DNA from: Rubrobacter sp.
GTDB lineage: Bacteria > Actinomycetota > Rubrobacteria > Rubrobacterales > Rubrobacteraceae
Direction: 5' to 3'
DNA: 64,000 nucleotides
NCBI GenBank assembly: GCA_013812245.1
Contig: JACCTS010000081.1
Coordinates: forward strand, 30 to 64,029
This document shows positions 55,501 to 63,812 of this stretch, one piece after another. The notes below the pieces were generated by a model. That model made no database searches. It was given only the letters and a program-made list of their open reading frames with translations, and had not been told where the DNA came from. Position numbers and translations under genes: made by a program. How positions within the stretch are numbered: position 1 is the first letter of the stretch; the number at the start of each line of letters is the position of its first letter.

Positions 55501-57568
55501 TACGGCCCAGCTCGAGGAAGCCACGCGCGCCGCGGACGCGGCCAACCGGGCCAAGAGCGACTTCCTGGCGAACATGAGCCACGAGATACGCACGCCCATG
55601 AACGGCGTTATCGGCATGACCGAACTCTTGCTGAACACCAGGCTCACCGAGGAGCAGCACGAGTACGCCGAAACCTTGCGCAACTCCGGCGAAAGCCTGC
55701 TCTTCATCATCAACGACATCCTCGACATCTCCAAGATAGAGGCCGGGGCGATGAGCCTGGAGAAGATAGCCTTCGACCTCCGCACGGAGCTGGAGGAGGC
55801 GCTCCACGCTCTGGCCGAGAGGGCGCACGATAAGAGGCTGGAACTGACCGGCTTTGTGGACCTCGACATGCCGACGGCGCTAAAGGGTGACCCGTTCCGG
55901 CTGCGCCAGATACTTACCAACCTGATCGGCAACGCCATCAAGTTCACCGAGGAGGGTGAGGTAAGCCTCCACATCGAGCTGGCGGAGGAGACGGACGATG
56001 CGGTACTGGCACGCTTCGAGGTCAGCGACACCGGCATCGGCATGACCGACGAGCAGCGAGGGAGGCTCTTCGAGGCTTTCACCCAGGCCGACACCTCCAC
56101 CACCCGCCGCTACGGCGGCACGGGCCTCGGGCTCGCCATCTCCAAGCAACTGATCGAGCTCATGGGCGGCGAGGTGTGGGTGGAGAGCACGCCGGGGGAG
56201 GGCAGCACCTTCTCGTTCACGGCCAGTATGAAGAAGCAGCCGGCCGAGGCCCAGGTCGTCCTGACCCCCCGCCCGGACCTGCGCGGCCTGCGCGTGCTCG
56301 TGGTGGACGACCACGAAACCAACCGGCGGATACTAGACAAACAGGTCACCTCCTGGGGGATGCGCAGCGGGCTGGCCGGCGACGCCCCCGAGGCCCTGCG
56401 TCTGCTGGGTGAAGCCCTCGAAGCCGGAGCCCCCTATGATACGGTGATCCTGGACATGCACATGCCGGGCATGGACGGCGTCGAGCTGGCGAAGAGGATA
56501 CGGGAGGTGCCTGGGCTGTCCGCGCCCCGGCTGGTGCTCCTGACCTCCATGGGGCGGCGCGGCGACGGGCCCGCGGCAGAGGAGATCGGCCTCGCCGCGT
56601 ACCTCACCAAGCCCGTCCGCCAATCCGAGCTATACAACTGCCTCGTCACGGTCATGGGCTCTTCCGAGGGCGGCCCGGACACGGCCGCCGGGCCGTCGGA
56701 ACAGCCGCTCGTTACCCGTCACAGTCTGCGGACGGGTTCGGGACGGATAGAGCACCACGCGAGCGCCCGCCAGAGGAGCAGGCCCCGTGTCCTGCTCGCC
56801 GAGGACAACCCCGTGAATCAGAAGGTCGCCGTCAAGATGATCGAGAACCTCGGCTACAGGGTGGACGTGGCCGCCAACGGCCGGGAGGCGCTCGACGCGC
56901 TTGCCCGCAAGCCCTACGCGGCGGTGCTGATGGACATACAGATGCCCGAGATGGACGGCTACCAGGCGACCGCGGAGATCCGGCGCCGCGAAGCCAGCGA
57001 CCCCGTCGAGCAGGCCCGACAGACCCCTATCATCGCGATGACGGCCAGCGCCCTCCAGGGCGACCGGGAGAAGGCGCTGGAGGCCGGCATGGACGACTAC
57101 CTCTCCAAGCCCGTGAGGCCCGCAAGCCTGAACTCCGTTCTCGAACGCTGGGCGCCATGGGAAGGTGACGAGCCAGAGACGGACAGCGACCCCGCCGATG
57201 GGGCAAACAGCCACGTCATGCCGGAAAATCCCATAGACCCCGAGGTCGTGGCGGGCCTGCGCGAGCTCGGGGGAGACGACGTCCTCGCCGAGCTGGTGGA
57301 GATGTTCCTCGAAGACGCCAGGCCGCGTCTGGCGGTGCTCGGAAGGGCCGGGGCGGCGGGTGATGCGCACACCGTGGAGCAAGTCGCCCACACCCTCAAA
57401 GGCAGCGCCGGCAACATGGGCGCCCGGCTTATGAGCGAGTTGGCCGCCGGCCTCCAGGATATAGGGGCCTCCGGAGACCTCTCTGGAGCTGCCGAGCGCG
57501 TGGATGAGTTGGAGGCGGAGTTCGCGAGGGTCCGGCTGGCACTGGTCGCGCTCGTCCGGGATGGTTAG
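49505..57568 (+). CDS. giant hybrid sensor kinase: TM-CHASE3-like-HAMP-(PAS x about 12, including one LOV)-GAF-HisKA-HATPase-REC-REC-Hpt (about 2687 aa)
   Basis: Starts [22 protein letters not shown]. Has a HAMP domain ([14 protein letters not shown]) and repeated E-RYR-LVE PAS linkers. Kinase core includes [16 protein letters not shown] and [10 protein letters not shown]. Receiver motifs are DMHMPGMDG and DIQMPEMDG. The Hpt motif is [11 protein letters not shown]. Confidence 0.9.
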   Translation: MTISRKLWLGFGTLVLLFLLAGLIVLLGERTIGNTLQEIVEVEEPTRSAVYEMEINAGELGSNVRGYVETGDPRYRERFEKNRAEFEKYKARYDELVDTETGRRHSERISSLYEEYAALGESLTNLSGEETGTESTQADLRRFTGLGDELKGVLNEKAQPWADRQLAGSETDANRAIRSVYATVAILLLLGLLAGALAAYFINRGILGSVRRLEDGARRIGRGEMDHRIEPYAGDELGEVAVAFNEMLDRRRESNAALREAENRYRELVENIPAAVYIQSADTGTLTYISPQIEQLLGYTPEERLSNLNGDWLGLVHPDDRERVRAEGERTDETGERLRMEYRQRAKDGRYVWIREEAVLIRDDDNEPLYWQGLLFDITERRHVEDALAQSEERYRTLVEHTPAITYTEKVSESGVTSYVSPQVEQMLGYTPEELDEKDPFWVAMHPEDRERVLAEDGRTNETGKPFEVEYRALHKDGRVVWVRDRAVLVSTDEDGTQHWQGVIHDITERKAAEEELQRREEWFRSLVQNSSDVTVVIEADGTIKYQSPAVKQVLGLENTNLVGTNVFETVDFPPRDLEDLQAALSELLTRPGESTSLEARARHGDGSWRVLEIVATNLLDDPTVGGIVGNYRDVTRRNEAQEKLRESEERYRLVARATNEAIWDVDLLADRQVWNGAVEAMFGYPARQETSSAWWKDHLHPDDRERVVSGINSVLETGGEMWSEEYRFRRADGTYATVVDRAYVMRNEEGTPVRLIGSMLDATERKRAEVALRQSEDRYRRQAQELALLDKVRSALARELDPQAIYRTVVEAIADTFGYALVSLYLVKEGHLVLQHEVGYPQVLDNIPLETGAMGRVARTGEPVLIQDSDADPDFITAFDGIISEVCVPLFYEDGVTGVVNLESIGGVRLGERDLRLMEALGEQASIAISRSRLYAEVRENEEELRALFAAMNDVIFVLDEEGRYLEIAPTNPSLLYRPSEELLGKTLHEVMPEERASMFLDYIRQALRTRQPVNVEYDLPINGRDVWFSATVSPVREGAVLFVARDVTERKRSERDLAREREFLRATLENLKDGIVACDAEGNLTLFNQSTREFHGIAEERLGPEEWSDRYDLFLPDGHTPMRTEDIPLFRALGGENVRDAEMIIAPKEGPTRTLLTSGQAFYDGEGNKLGAVVAMHDITERKHAERERLEAETRYRTLVEQTPVVTYREKFSVPGMEPYVSPQVERLLGYSPQEFLEDLTLWESLIHPEDREMFEAADERASETEDPMDVEYRMVARNGRVVWVRDEAVPVRDGDGGLQFWQGIVSDITDRREAESKLQEAEVRYRTLVEHMPAITYTERADEERSTIYVSPQVETVLGYKPDEWLSDPELWYRTLHPADRERVLAERLRTNESGDPFEMEYRCFAEDGREVWVRDEALLVRDEKGEALYWQGVKLDITGRKQAEEDLRAAEARYRTLVERLPAATIVQEIGSPDAALYISPQIEDITGYAPEDCQDPDLRYRMVHPEDREWIMAEDDQAGQPGQVTTTEYRVVHRTGRTVWVRNEAVIVEDERTGARYWQGLMTNITERKQAEEELREAEERFRSAFDDSSIGMVLTGPDGSFLQVNAAMCEMLDYSEAELTAATFTDITHPDDVRESADMVRRALAGGLRTFEFEKRYIHKDGHVVWTSVSSSLVRDGQGDPLHFTTQVQDITERKRAEEEIQRLNEGLERRVRERTARLRNALTELRESEERYGLVVEGSNDGIYDWNVRSGEMFWNDRLFEIVGLSRGEFTPTLDGFFDLMHPEDRETVSASLEAHMEEGEEFDVEFRFQRSSEENRTCIIRGKAQRDRNDKPFRMAGTVTDITERKRVEEVLRLRDRAISASSNGLVISDPKLPDNPLIYVNPAFEEMTGYTAEEALGRNCRFLQGEDGDQEAIAVLREAIREGRDHTVVLRNYKKDGTLFWNELSVSPVRNERGDLTHFVGVQNDITLRKRAEEEIRRFNETLERRVEERTAQLEEATRAADAANRAKSDFLANMSHEIRTPMNGVIGMTELLLNTRLTEEQHEYAETLRNSGESLLFIINDILDISKIEAGAMSLEKIAFDLRTELEEALHALAERAHDKRLELTGFVDLDMPTALKGDPFRLRQILTNLIGNAIKFTEEGEVSLHIELAEETDDAVLARFEVSDTGIGMTDEQRGRLFEAFTQADTSTTRRYGGTGLGLAISKQLIELMGGEVWVESTPGEGSTFSFTASMKKQPAEAQVVLTPRPDLRGLRVLVVDDHETNRRILDKQVTSWGMRSGLAGDAPEALRLLGEALEAGAPYDTVILDMHMPGMDGVELAKRIREVPGLSAPRLVLLTSMGRRGDGPAAEEIGLAAYLTKPVRQSELYNCLVTVMGSSEGGPDTAAGPSEQPLVTRHSLRTGSGRIEHHASARQRSRPRVLLAEDNPVNQKVAVKMIENLGYRVDVAANGREALDALARKPYAAVLMDIQMPEMDGYQATAEIRRREASDPVEQARQTPIIAMTASALQGDREKALEAGMDDYLSKPVRPASLNSVLERWAPWEGDEPETDSDPADGANSHVMPENPIDPEVVAGLRELGGDDVLAELVEMFLEDARPRLAVLGRAGAAGDAHTVEQVAHTLKGSAGNMGARLMSELAAGLQDIGASGDLSGAAERVDELEAEFARVRLALVALVRDG
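55094..55432 (+). other. LOV domain of the giant kinase, immediately before HisKA
   Basis: [35 protein letters not shown]...[19 protein letters not shown]...FVGVQNDIT. Cys codon TGC at 55229-55231. Confidence 0.85.
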
Positions 57569-57577
57569 CATGGCGCC

Positions 57578-58692
57578 ATGAAAGTATTGATCGCCGAGGA
57601 CGATGCCGTCTCGCGCATGATCCTGCGCCGCGCCGTGGAGATTCTCGACCACGAGTGCCTGACGGCCGGTGACGGCATGGAGGCCTGGGACTTGTACTGC
57701 GAATTCCCCGATGTGGACGTCATCATAAGCGACTGGATGATGCCGGAGATGGACGGCCTCGAACTCTGCAACAAGGTGCGGGACGCCGCGGAGAGCAGGG
57801 ACAGCTACACCTTCTTCGTCTTCCTGACGGCGCTGGGCGACAAAGAACACGCCTTGAAGGGGTTGCAGGCCGGGGCCGACGACTACCTCTCCAAACCACT
57901 CGACCGCACGGAGTTGCGGGCGCGACTGATCGCCGCCGTCCGGGTCATCTCCCCGCACAAGGAGCTTACGCAGCAGGGGGAGGCGCTCAAGAGGTTGAAC
58001 CGCGAGCTCTTCTGGCAGGCGCGCACGGACCCCCTGACGCATCTCGGCAACCGTCTGAGGCTCCGGGAGGATCTGGAGATACTCAAGGCGCGCGTGGATC
58101 GTTACGGGCACACCTACTGCGTGGTGCTCTGTGCGAGCTGGACTGGTTCAAGCTATACAACGACCAGCACGGCCACCTGGCCGGCGACGAGATCCTCCAG
58201 CGAGTGGCGAACGTCCTCCTGGGGACCTTCAGGACCGGAGACTCATCCTACCGCTTCGGCGGCGAGGAGTTCCTGGTCGTGCTGCCGGAGCAGACCCTGG
58301 AGAGCGCGTCGGTGGCCGCCGAGAGGCTGCGGGCTACGGTGGAGGCGATGGGCGTACCATACGAAGGCTACGTGCCGCCGGGCACCGTTACCATCAGCGC
58401 CGGCGTGGCGACACTCGCCCCCGGCGAGGACAAGACCCCGGAGACCCTGATCCAGGAGGCCGACATGGCCCTGTATAGGGCGAAGGAACTGGGCAGGAAC
58501 AGGGTCGCGTCCTACGATGAGATTATGGCCGAAGGCCTGGGCACCGAAACTCCCTCAGCGACGAGGAGCGCGGGGCAAGCCCGACACCCTGAACACCGGC
58601 GTTCGCGCCGCAGGCTACCCGGTGGTCTGCTGCACAAAAGCGGACATCATCCCGGAAGGAGACACCCTGCCGAGGGTGACGCGGCCCCATGA
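57578..58692 (+). pseudogene. REC-GGDEF diguanylate cyclase interrupted by a frameshift near 58130-58135
   Basis: REC (LIAEDDAVSR...SDWMMPEMDG) is in the frame of 57578. The GGDEF part (CELDWFKLYNDQHGHLAGDEIL...YRFGGEEFLVVL...ADMALYRAKELGRNRV) is in the frame of 58204. The junction reads CTCTGTGCGAG where CTCTGCGAG would keep the frame. Confidence 0.75.
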
Positions 58693-59258
58693 TCAAATCC
58701 CGGAAAGTGACCGTCGTGGGGGCATCGTTCGAGAGCTGGCTGGTGAAGGGCGCCGAGGCGCTAGCCCGGGAGGAGATGGAGTACGGCTGACAATACCCCG
58801 TCTCGTCCACCAAGTGGCTGACGCCCCGGATTTCGACAGCCTGGCCGACCGGTACACCGAAGGGGACGTGCTGGCGACCCGCATCCCCTGGAGGATGCTC
58901 GGGTTCACCGACCCGTGAGTACAGACGGCACCCAAGTGTAACCGGCGTTGAGGTCCGCAACTTCGACGAAGGAAGAAGTGGACCCATCCGCTACGGCCGG
59001 TCAGGTTGAGATGCCCAGGACTTCCATGAGCGCAAGAAGCAAAGCTACTACGTGCTGCGCGAACCCCGCCAAGACAAGCGCGTGAATCAACCTCCGAAGT
59101 AAGCCGGGAGCTGCTGTTCATCGAACGCGATTCACGCTGCCCGGTTGCAATGTTGGATGATCCCCGATGGGAGGAGTCGGGGAGCGGCACGTTTATCGTG
59201 CGGAGCAGACGGGTATGCTGAATTTAGTAAGGGAAGCTGAAACGATAGGAGTAAAGGC

Positions 59259-59456
59259 ATGGATTTGGGCGGAACCGTGAGTGGTTTGGGCGATTCTCTG
59301 CAGAACTTGAACTTCCCGGCCAGCAAGGACGATGTGATCTCCAATCTCCAAGACAACAACGCGCCGCAGGAAGCGATCGACCAGATTAGGAACGCTGGCG
59401 AGGAAACCTTCAACAGCGCCGATGAAGTAACCCAGAAGGTACAGGGCAACCAGTAA
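59259..59456 (+). CDS. DUF2795 domain-containing protein
   Basis: LQNLNFPASKDDVISNLQDNNAPQEAIDQI matches DUF2795. 65 aa. Confidence 0.85.
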   Translation: MDLGGTVSGLGDSLQNLNFPASKDDVISNLQDNNAPQEAIDQIRNAGEETFNSADEVTQKVQGNQ

Positions 59457-59480
59457 GGCCGGCCATAGAAGTTCTTTTCG

Positions 59481-59509
59481 GGCCGGAGCCTTTTGGGTTC
59501 CGGCCTTTT
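59481..59509. terminator. bidirectional intrinsic terminator between convergent DUF2795 and chaB genes
   Basis: GGCCGGA-GCCTTTTGGGT-TCCGGCC is flanked by TTTTCG on the left and followed by TTTTG on the plus strand. The mirror-image T-run serves the minus strand. Confidence 0.65.
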
Positions 59510-59627
59510 GCATGTTCGAAGTGTTTTTCTGACCACAGCCTGCAAAAATGTCAGCACCGGCCGTTGAATCGCGGTCTCTACTTCTACGGGTAGACTTTCA
59601 TGGAATCGAATTAGCGATCTTCCGCCG

Positions 59628-59828
59628 CTACTCTTTGGAGACCCAGTTCCCGTTCTCGTTCTTCTCGTATTTGTCCTCTACGGCCGACCAGGCGACGCGG
59701 TGGGCGCGGCTCTCCTCACCGTTCTGCTCCTCGGCTGAGTTGAAAGCTTCTTTGTAGATCTCCTGCGCTTGTTTGGGCAGGTTGTTCTTGACGCCTTTGG
59801 GTAGCTCGGTGACCTTGCCGTACGGCAC
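59628..59828 (-). CDS. chaB: ChaB family protein
   Basis: VPYGKVTELPKGVKNNLPKQAQEIYKEAFNSA...AHRVAWSAVEDKYEK is the ChaB pattern. GTG start 6 nt after AAGGAG, which lies inside the thiL end. Confidence 0.8.
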   Translation of the reverse strand: MPYGKVTELPKGVKNNLPKQAQEIYKEAFNSAEEQNGEESRAHRVAWSAVEDKYEKNENGNWVSKE

Positions 59829-59830
59829 TT

Positions 59831-60826
59831 CTACTCCTTCCACCGCTCGGATGACGGGCCTCTTGTACCCTCGGAGGCGGGATCGGAAAAGTGATCCCAG
59901 CCAGAAAGGTCATCCACGAGCCTCCCTCCGCGCAAGAAGACAACGCCTTCCGCCGTCACCTCGCCCACCACTGTAATGGGCACGCCGGACTCTTCGCCCA
60001 GGGCTTCCAGGGTCCGCTCCGGGGCGGCGAGGAGCAATTCGTAGTCCTCCCCGCCGGTGGCCGCCAGCTTCTGGGGATCGTGGCCCATCTTCCCGGCGAG
60101 CCTTCGCGTGTCGTCCGCGACGGGGAGGCGTTCGAGGCCAATGTTGCAGCCCACCCCACTCCTCTCGCAGATGCGCCGGACGTCCGAGGCAAGCCCGTCG
60201 GAGAGATCTATCGCGGCGTGGACCCCGAGCCGGGCCGCCGCGAGCCCGGTCTCGACCCGTGGCTCGGGGCGCAGGTGCTTTCGGACTAGACGCTCAGGCA
60301 CCCGCTCGCCACCCTGGAGAGCGAGCAAACCCGCCGCCGAAGCACCGAGCTCTCCGGTCACGGCCAGCAGGTCGCCGGGACGGGCGCCGGAACGCAGCAG
60401 CGGCGGCGCGGAAAGCTCGCCAAGAATAGACACGTCCACGGTCAGCGAATCGGCGCGGGTGGTATCTCCGCCGAGCGGGTACACGCCGAGCTCATCGCAG
60501 GCCTTGATCACGCCCCTCATGCAGCGGAGCGCCGTCTCGGGGTCCGGGGCGCCGCCGGAAACGAGCACGAAGCGCGGCGTCCCACCCATCGCCGCCACGT
60601 CCGAAACGTTGACCGCGACGGCTTTGTAGCCCACGTCTTCTGGGGTGGCCCAGCCCTCGAAGTGGTGCCCGGAGACCAGCATATCTGCCGCAGCTACCCA
60701 CTCTGTGCCGCCCAGCCGCAACACGGCGCAGTCGTCGCCGATGGGGACGAGCACCTCCGGGGGCGGTGAAGGAAGCATCTTGGAGAGGCTCTGGATCACG
60801 TCGAACTCGTCCACCCCTGGCCTCAT
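59831..60826 (-). CDS. thiL: thiamine-monophosphate kinase
   Basis: Starts MRPGVDEFDVIQSL...IGDDCAVL...DMLVSGHHF...GYKAVAVNVSDVAAMGG (AIR synthase-like fold). The 227 upstream codons of the track ORF were rejected. Confidence 0.9.
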   Translation of the reverse strand: MRPGVDEFDVIQSLSKMLPSPPPEVLVPIGDDCAVLRLGGTEWVAAADMLVSGHHFEGWATPEDVGYKAVAVNVSDVAAMGGTPRFVLVSGGAPDPETALRCMRGVIKACDELGVYPLGGDTTRADSLTVDVSILGELSAPPLLRSGARPGDLLAVTGELGASAAGLLALQGGERVPERLVRKHLRPEPRVETGLAAARLGVHAAIDLSDGLASDVRRICERSGVGCNIGLERLPVADDTRRLAGKMGHDPQKLAATGGEDYELLLAAPERTLEALGEESGVPITVVGEVTAEGVVFLRGGRLVDDLSGWDHFSDPASEGTRGPSSERWKE

Positions 60827-61125
60827 CTCTTGCGAAAGAGGGTGCGGGGATCGAGGAAGCGCCGGTAGCGCGAGACCACCTCCCCGCCGAGGAAGATGAC
60901 GGCGACGACGAATACCGTCTCGGCGACGACGACGAGCCCACCGGAGATCCAGACCTTCCACCCCGTGGACAGCGGCAGGAAGGCGACCATCGGGATCGCG
61001 GCGTACAACAGGCCTGGCACCACCACGAGCATCACCACCGCCAGCCACACGCGGCCGGATCTCTCGGGAGCATCGGAGGCCGAATGGTCCGGGAAGTCGC
61101 TCCTGTCTTCCGGTTCTCTCCCCAC
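60823..61125 (-). CDS. small two-TM membrane protein
   Basis: VWLAVVMLVVVPGLLYAAIPMVAFLPLSTGWKVWISGGLVVVAETVFVVAVIFLGG...RYRRFL. Its stop overlaps the thiL ATG (ATGA). The start is uncertain (GTG at 61125 after GGAGGA, or a later GTG). Confidence 0.45.
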   Translation of the reverse strand: MGREPEDRSDFPDHSASDAPERSGRVWLAVVMLVVVPGLLYAAIPMVAFLPLSTGWKVWISGGLVVVAETVFVVAVIFLGGEVVSRYRRFLDPRTLFRKR

Positions 61126-61127
61126 TC

Positions 61128-62012
61128 CTAAGTTCCTCCCAACCACTGCACCGCGGCCCACAGGGCGTCGGAGTCTTCCCCAGTGTACCAGGTGAGGAGG
61201 GAGCGCCACTCCTCTTCGGTGGCCCACAGATAGTCGTCGTGGGCCGCGTCCTCCAGGCGTATTTCGCCGGTTGGAGCGCGGGCCATGAAGCCGACGCCCG
61301 CGTAGAGCTCGGGGTCTTGGGGCGCCTTCCAGGGTTCGACGCGGGTCCACCAGGCCGCTTCCGGCTCGACGGCGATGCCCGTCTCTTCCAGAACCTCGCG
61401 CCGGGCGCATGCGACGAAGTCCTCTCCGGGCTCCAGCGCCCCGCCGGGGTTCTCCCACAACCCCACGGGCGGCTTGCGGCGCCGCAAGAGGAGGGCGCGA
61501 GGCTCATCCCCCGCCGGGTCGACCAGCACGGTCCCGGCTCCGAGGACGGCCCGCACGACCCCGTCGGGGCGCGGGACGGGCGCGGGGGGCGGCGGGTCGG
61601 GCTCTTCAGGCAGCCGGGAGATCGGTCCGGCCACCCCCCGGACGTTTTCCGGGCTCCACCAACTCGGGAGGCCCATCCACTCTTCTGGCGTCGTCCATCG
61701 GTGGTCTAGGTGTTCGTGAGAGAGACGTACGACGTTTTCGGCCTCGGCGGGGACGCGGGCGGCGTGGGTTACGGAGGCGAGAAACCCGGCGCCAGCGAGA
61801 CTTTCGCCTACCCAGGTTGCGAGTATCCCCTGTGGAGCGGCGAGGAGGCCCGTCTCCTCGTAGAGTTCGCGGATCGCGCCGTCGGTGAAGCTCTCTCCTG
61901 GGACGAGCCGGCCGGCCGGCGGTTCCCAGGTACCGGTGCGCGGGCGCTGGAGCAGGAGCATGCGGCCGTCAGGAAGGACGGGCAGGATACCGGAGACGAG
62001 GTCAGCTTTCAT
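61128..62012 (-). CDS. double NUDIX-domain hydrolase
   Basis: Two Nudix boxes: GRLVPGESFTDGAIRELYEETGL and GALEPGEDFVACARREVLEETGI. Confidence 0.8.
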   Translation of the reverse strand: MKADLVSGILPVLPDGRMLLLQRPRTGTWEPPAGRLVPGESFTDGAIRELYEETGLLAAPQGILATWVGESLAGAGFLASVTHAARVPAEAENVVRLSHEHLDHRWTTPEEWMGLPSWWSPENVRGVAGPISRLPEEPDPPPPAPVPRPDGVVRAVLGAGTVLVDPAGDEPRALLLRRRKPPVGLWENPGGALEPGEDFVACARREVLEETGIAVEPEAAWWTRVEPWKAPQDPELYAGVGFMARAPTGEIRLEDAAHDDYLWATEEEWRSLLTWYTGEDSDALWAAVQWLGGT

Positions 62013-62033
62013 GCGCCGAGTCTACCCATCGAG

Positions 62034-62663
62034 TCAACCCGGCAGATACGAGCGCAGTTTGATGGCAGCGGCCTCCGGATCTTCGGCGTCGAGGACAGCG
62101 CGGACGACGGCGAAGCCGGGCGCCCGGGCAGCAGCGACTTCCCGCGCGGTCTCCAGCGTCACGCCGCCGACGGCAAACCAGGGTATAGGTAGGTTGGAGC
62201 GTGAGATCTCCTGCACCAGCCCTAGACCACCCACTTCTCCCTCGGGCTTGGTCGGCGTGGCGTAGACTGCCCCGACGCCCAGGTAGTCCGCACCGTCCCG
62301 CAGAGCATCCAGCGCCTCCTCCAGCGTGCCGGCGGATCGGCCCACGATCACATCGGGACCCAGCAAGTCTCGCGCGTCCTGCGCGCGGAGGACGCCTCCC
62401 TGTCCGAGATGCACCCCGGCAGCGCCGGAGAGCCGGGCCAGTCCCACGTCGCCGTTGACGGTGAAGAGCGCCCCGCCCCGCTCGCAGACCTCCCGAAGCT
62501 CTGCTGCAAGGGGGATCAACGCTTCCCTCGAAGCATGCTTGTCCCTGAGCTGCACCATGTCCACCCCGCCCCGGACGGCGGCCTCGACGCGGAACACGAG
62601 ATCCGGACGTGGATCAGTTATCAGCAGCAGCCGGGCGTCGCGCAGGATCTCCCGAACTTTCAC
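62034..62663 (-). CDS. thiE: thiamine-phosphate synthase
   Basis: The GTG start (VKVREILRDARLLLITD) overlaps the upstream stop as GTGA. Contains VQLRDK, FTVNGD and YLGVGAVYATPTKP motifs. Confidence 0.9.
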   Translation of the reverse strand: MKVREILRDARLLLITDPRPDLVFRVEAAVRGGVDMVQLRDKHASREALIPLAAELREVCERGGALFTVNGDVGLARLSGAAGVHLGQGGVLRAQDARDLLGPDVIVGRSAGTLEEALDALRDGADYLGVGAVYATPTKPEGEVGGLGLVQEISRSNLPIPWFAVGGVTLETAREVAAARAPGFAVVRAVLDAEDPEAAAIKLRSYLPG

Positions 62664-63418
62664 GCGCTTACCTTCTTCGGCGGCCAGGCGACCACGTCGA
62701 GACGCCGGGAGAAGTGGAGGATTGGCTCGGTGTCGGGAAGCTCCACCCCGATCTGGGCCGTCATCTCCAGCACCTCGACCTCCGCCTCGGCGCTTTGCAG
62801 CGGCCACATCACGTGATGCACCTCCCCCCGGCGGACGTTCCCGGAGCCATCCGCGCTGTACAGGCAGTACCGTTCGGTGAGGAAGCTCTCCAGAGATCCG
62901 GGGCGCGAGTCGAAGACCTCTCCGGCGGGCTGGTAGCGTCCGGCGAATCTGGCGCCGGGCGCCCCCCGGTGGGTGCGCAGGCTCTCGTATCGCACCCACC
63001 CGTCATCTTCACGGCAGGACATCCTGGCGTCGAAGTACGGCAGGTGGAACGTGGCGCGGGCCATACGGACGGCCACGGGGTTGTGGGCGTCCAGGCTGAA
63101 GAACCAGACGCCGGGTTTGCCTGCATGCGTAACGTAGGTGCGAAGGTTTATCTCTGGAAAGTTTGACAGGAACGGGATGCCCGGTACGAAGCGCGGCCGG
63201 ACGCCGCTCATGCGGAAAGGCACCACCCCGAGCCACGCGCTGCCGTCGAACGTGTCCAGCTCCAGCGCGGCTGGGACGAGCGGCCTCAGCCAATCTTCCG
63301 GGACGGGCCAGTGCATGAACAGCAGGTCGTGCCAGCGCATGGATAGCGCCCACGATCCGTCCGGCAAAGGATACGGACGATGTTCCGTTTTCTGCAATAC
63401 ATCGCGAGGTCGAACCAT
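62660..63418 (-). CDS. DUF2071 (YqjF-like) domain protein
   Basis: WHDLLFMHWPV...GVVPFRMSGVRPR...FPEINLRTYV matches DUF2071. Confidence 0.8.
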   Translation of the reverse strand: MVRPRDVLQKTEHRPYPLPDGSWALSMRWHDLLFMHWPVPEDWLRPLVPAALELDTFDGSAWLGVVPFRMSGVRPRFVPGIPFLSNFPEINLRTYVTHAGKPGVWFFSLDAHNPVAVRMARATFHLPYFDARMSCREDDGWVRYESLRTHRGAPGARFAGRYQPAGEVFDSRPGSLESFLTERYCLYSADGSGNVRRGEVHHVMWPLQSAEAEVEVLEMTAQIGVELPDTEPILHFSRRLDVVAWPPKKVSA

Positions 63419-63539
63419 GAGTCAATACTACCCGCTCATCGCAGATACAGATGATCGCTATCTCGCGTTCACGTTGCGCGGGAGTCGGCCTGCTGGTACC
63501 GTTGCGACCCGTCGGGTGGGAACCGGAAGGGGATGTGGT

Positions 63540-63812
63540 ATGGATACGCTGTTCCCGTTGGGAAAGGTGGTAGTCACCCCCGGGGCTCACCATGCTTTCA
63601 AGGAGGCCGGGGAGCAGCTAACGCCGTACCTGAACCGCCACGCCTCGGGCGACTGGAGTGAGACCGACCCAGACGAGCGGCGCGACAACGTCTCCGCCCT
63701 CGACTGCGGCCTCGCCATACGAAGCACCTACTACACCTCCGCAGGGAAACTCTGGATCCTCACCGAAGCCGACCGCTCCGCGACCACAATCCTAATGCCA
63801 GAAGAACAGTAA
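63540..63812 (+). CDS. small conserved hypothetical protein (GDW...ITEADRS-TTIL type, often on plasmids or mobile DNA)
   Basis: MDTLFPLGKVVVTPGAHHAF...NRHASGDWSETDPDERRDN...KLWILTEADRSATTILMPEE. RBS GGAAGGGGA. The family name was not recalled with certainty. Confidence 0.6.
   Translation: MDTLFPLGKVVVTPGAHHAFKEAGEQLTPYLNRHASGDWSETDPDERRDNVSALDCGLAIRSTYYTSAGKLWILTEADRSATTILMPEEQ

Noticed and set aside
58120-58140. Programmed -1 ribosomal frameshift in the REC-GGDEF gene.
   Set aside because: There is no slippery X-XXY-YYZ heptamer and no obvious downstream stimulatory structure. The site is fully explained by a TG duplication.
58788-58790. A second in-frame TGA as another selenocysteine site.
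   Set aside because: It does not align with any recognisable redox motif. The downstream same-frame translation is Trp/Arg/Pro/Thr-rich and non-protein-like, and a different frame looks more protein-like. This is more consistent with gene decay.
58689-58790. Dodecin-like reading of the 33-aa peptide (V-VG-S-ESW---A--A pattern).
   Set aside because: It covers only half of a dodecin-length protein. The expected C-terminal half is about 150 nt away and is separated from it by a stop codon. The resemblance is too weak to call.
63419-63539. TPP riboswitch upstream of the thi operon.
   Set aside because: The conserved CUGAGA and pyrophosphate-helix consensus are absent on both strands.
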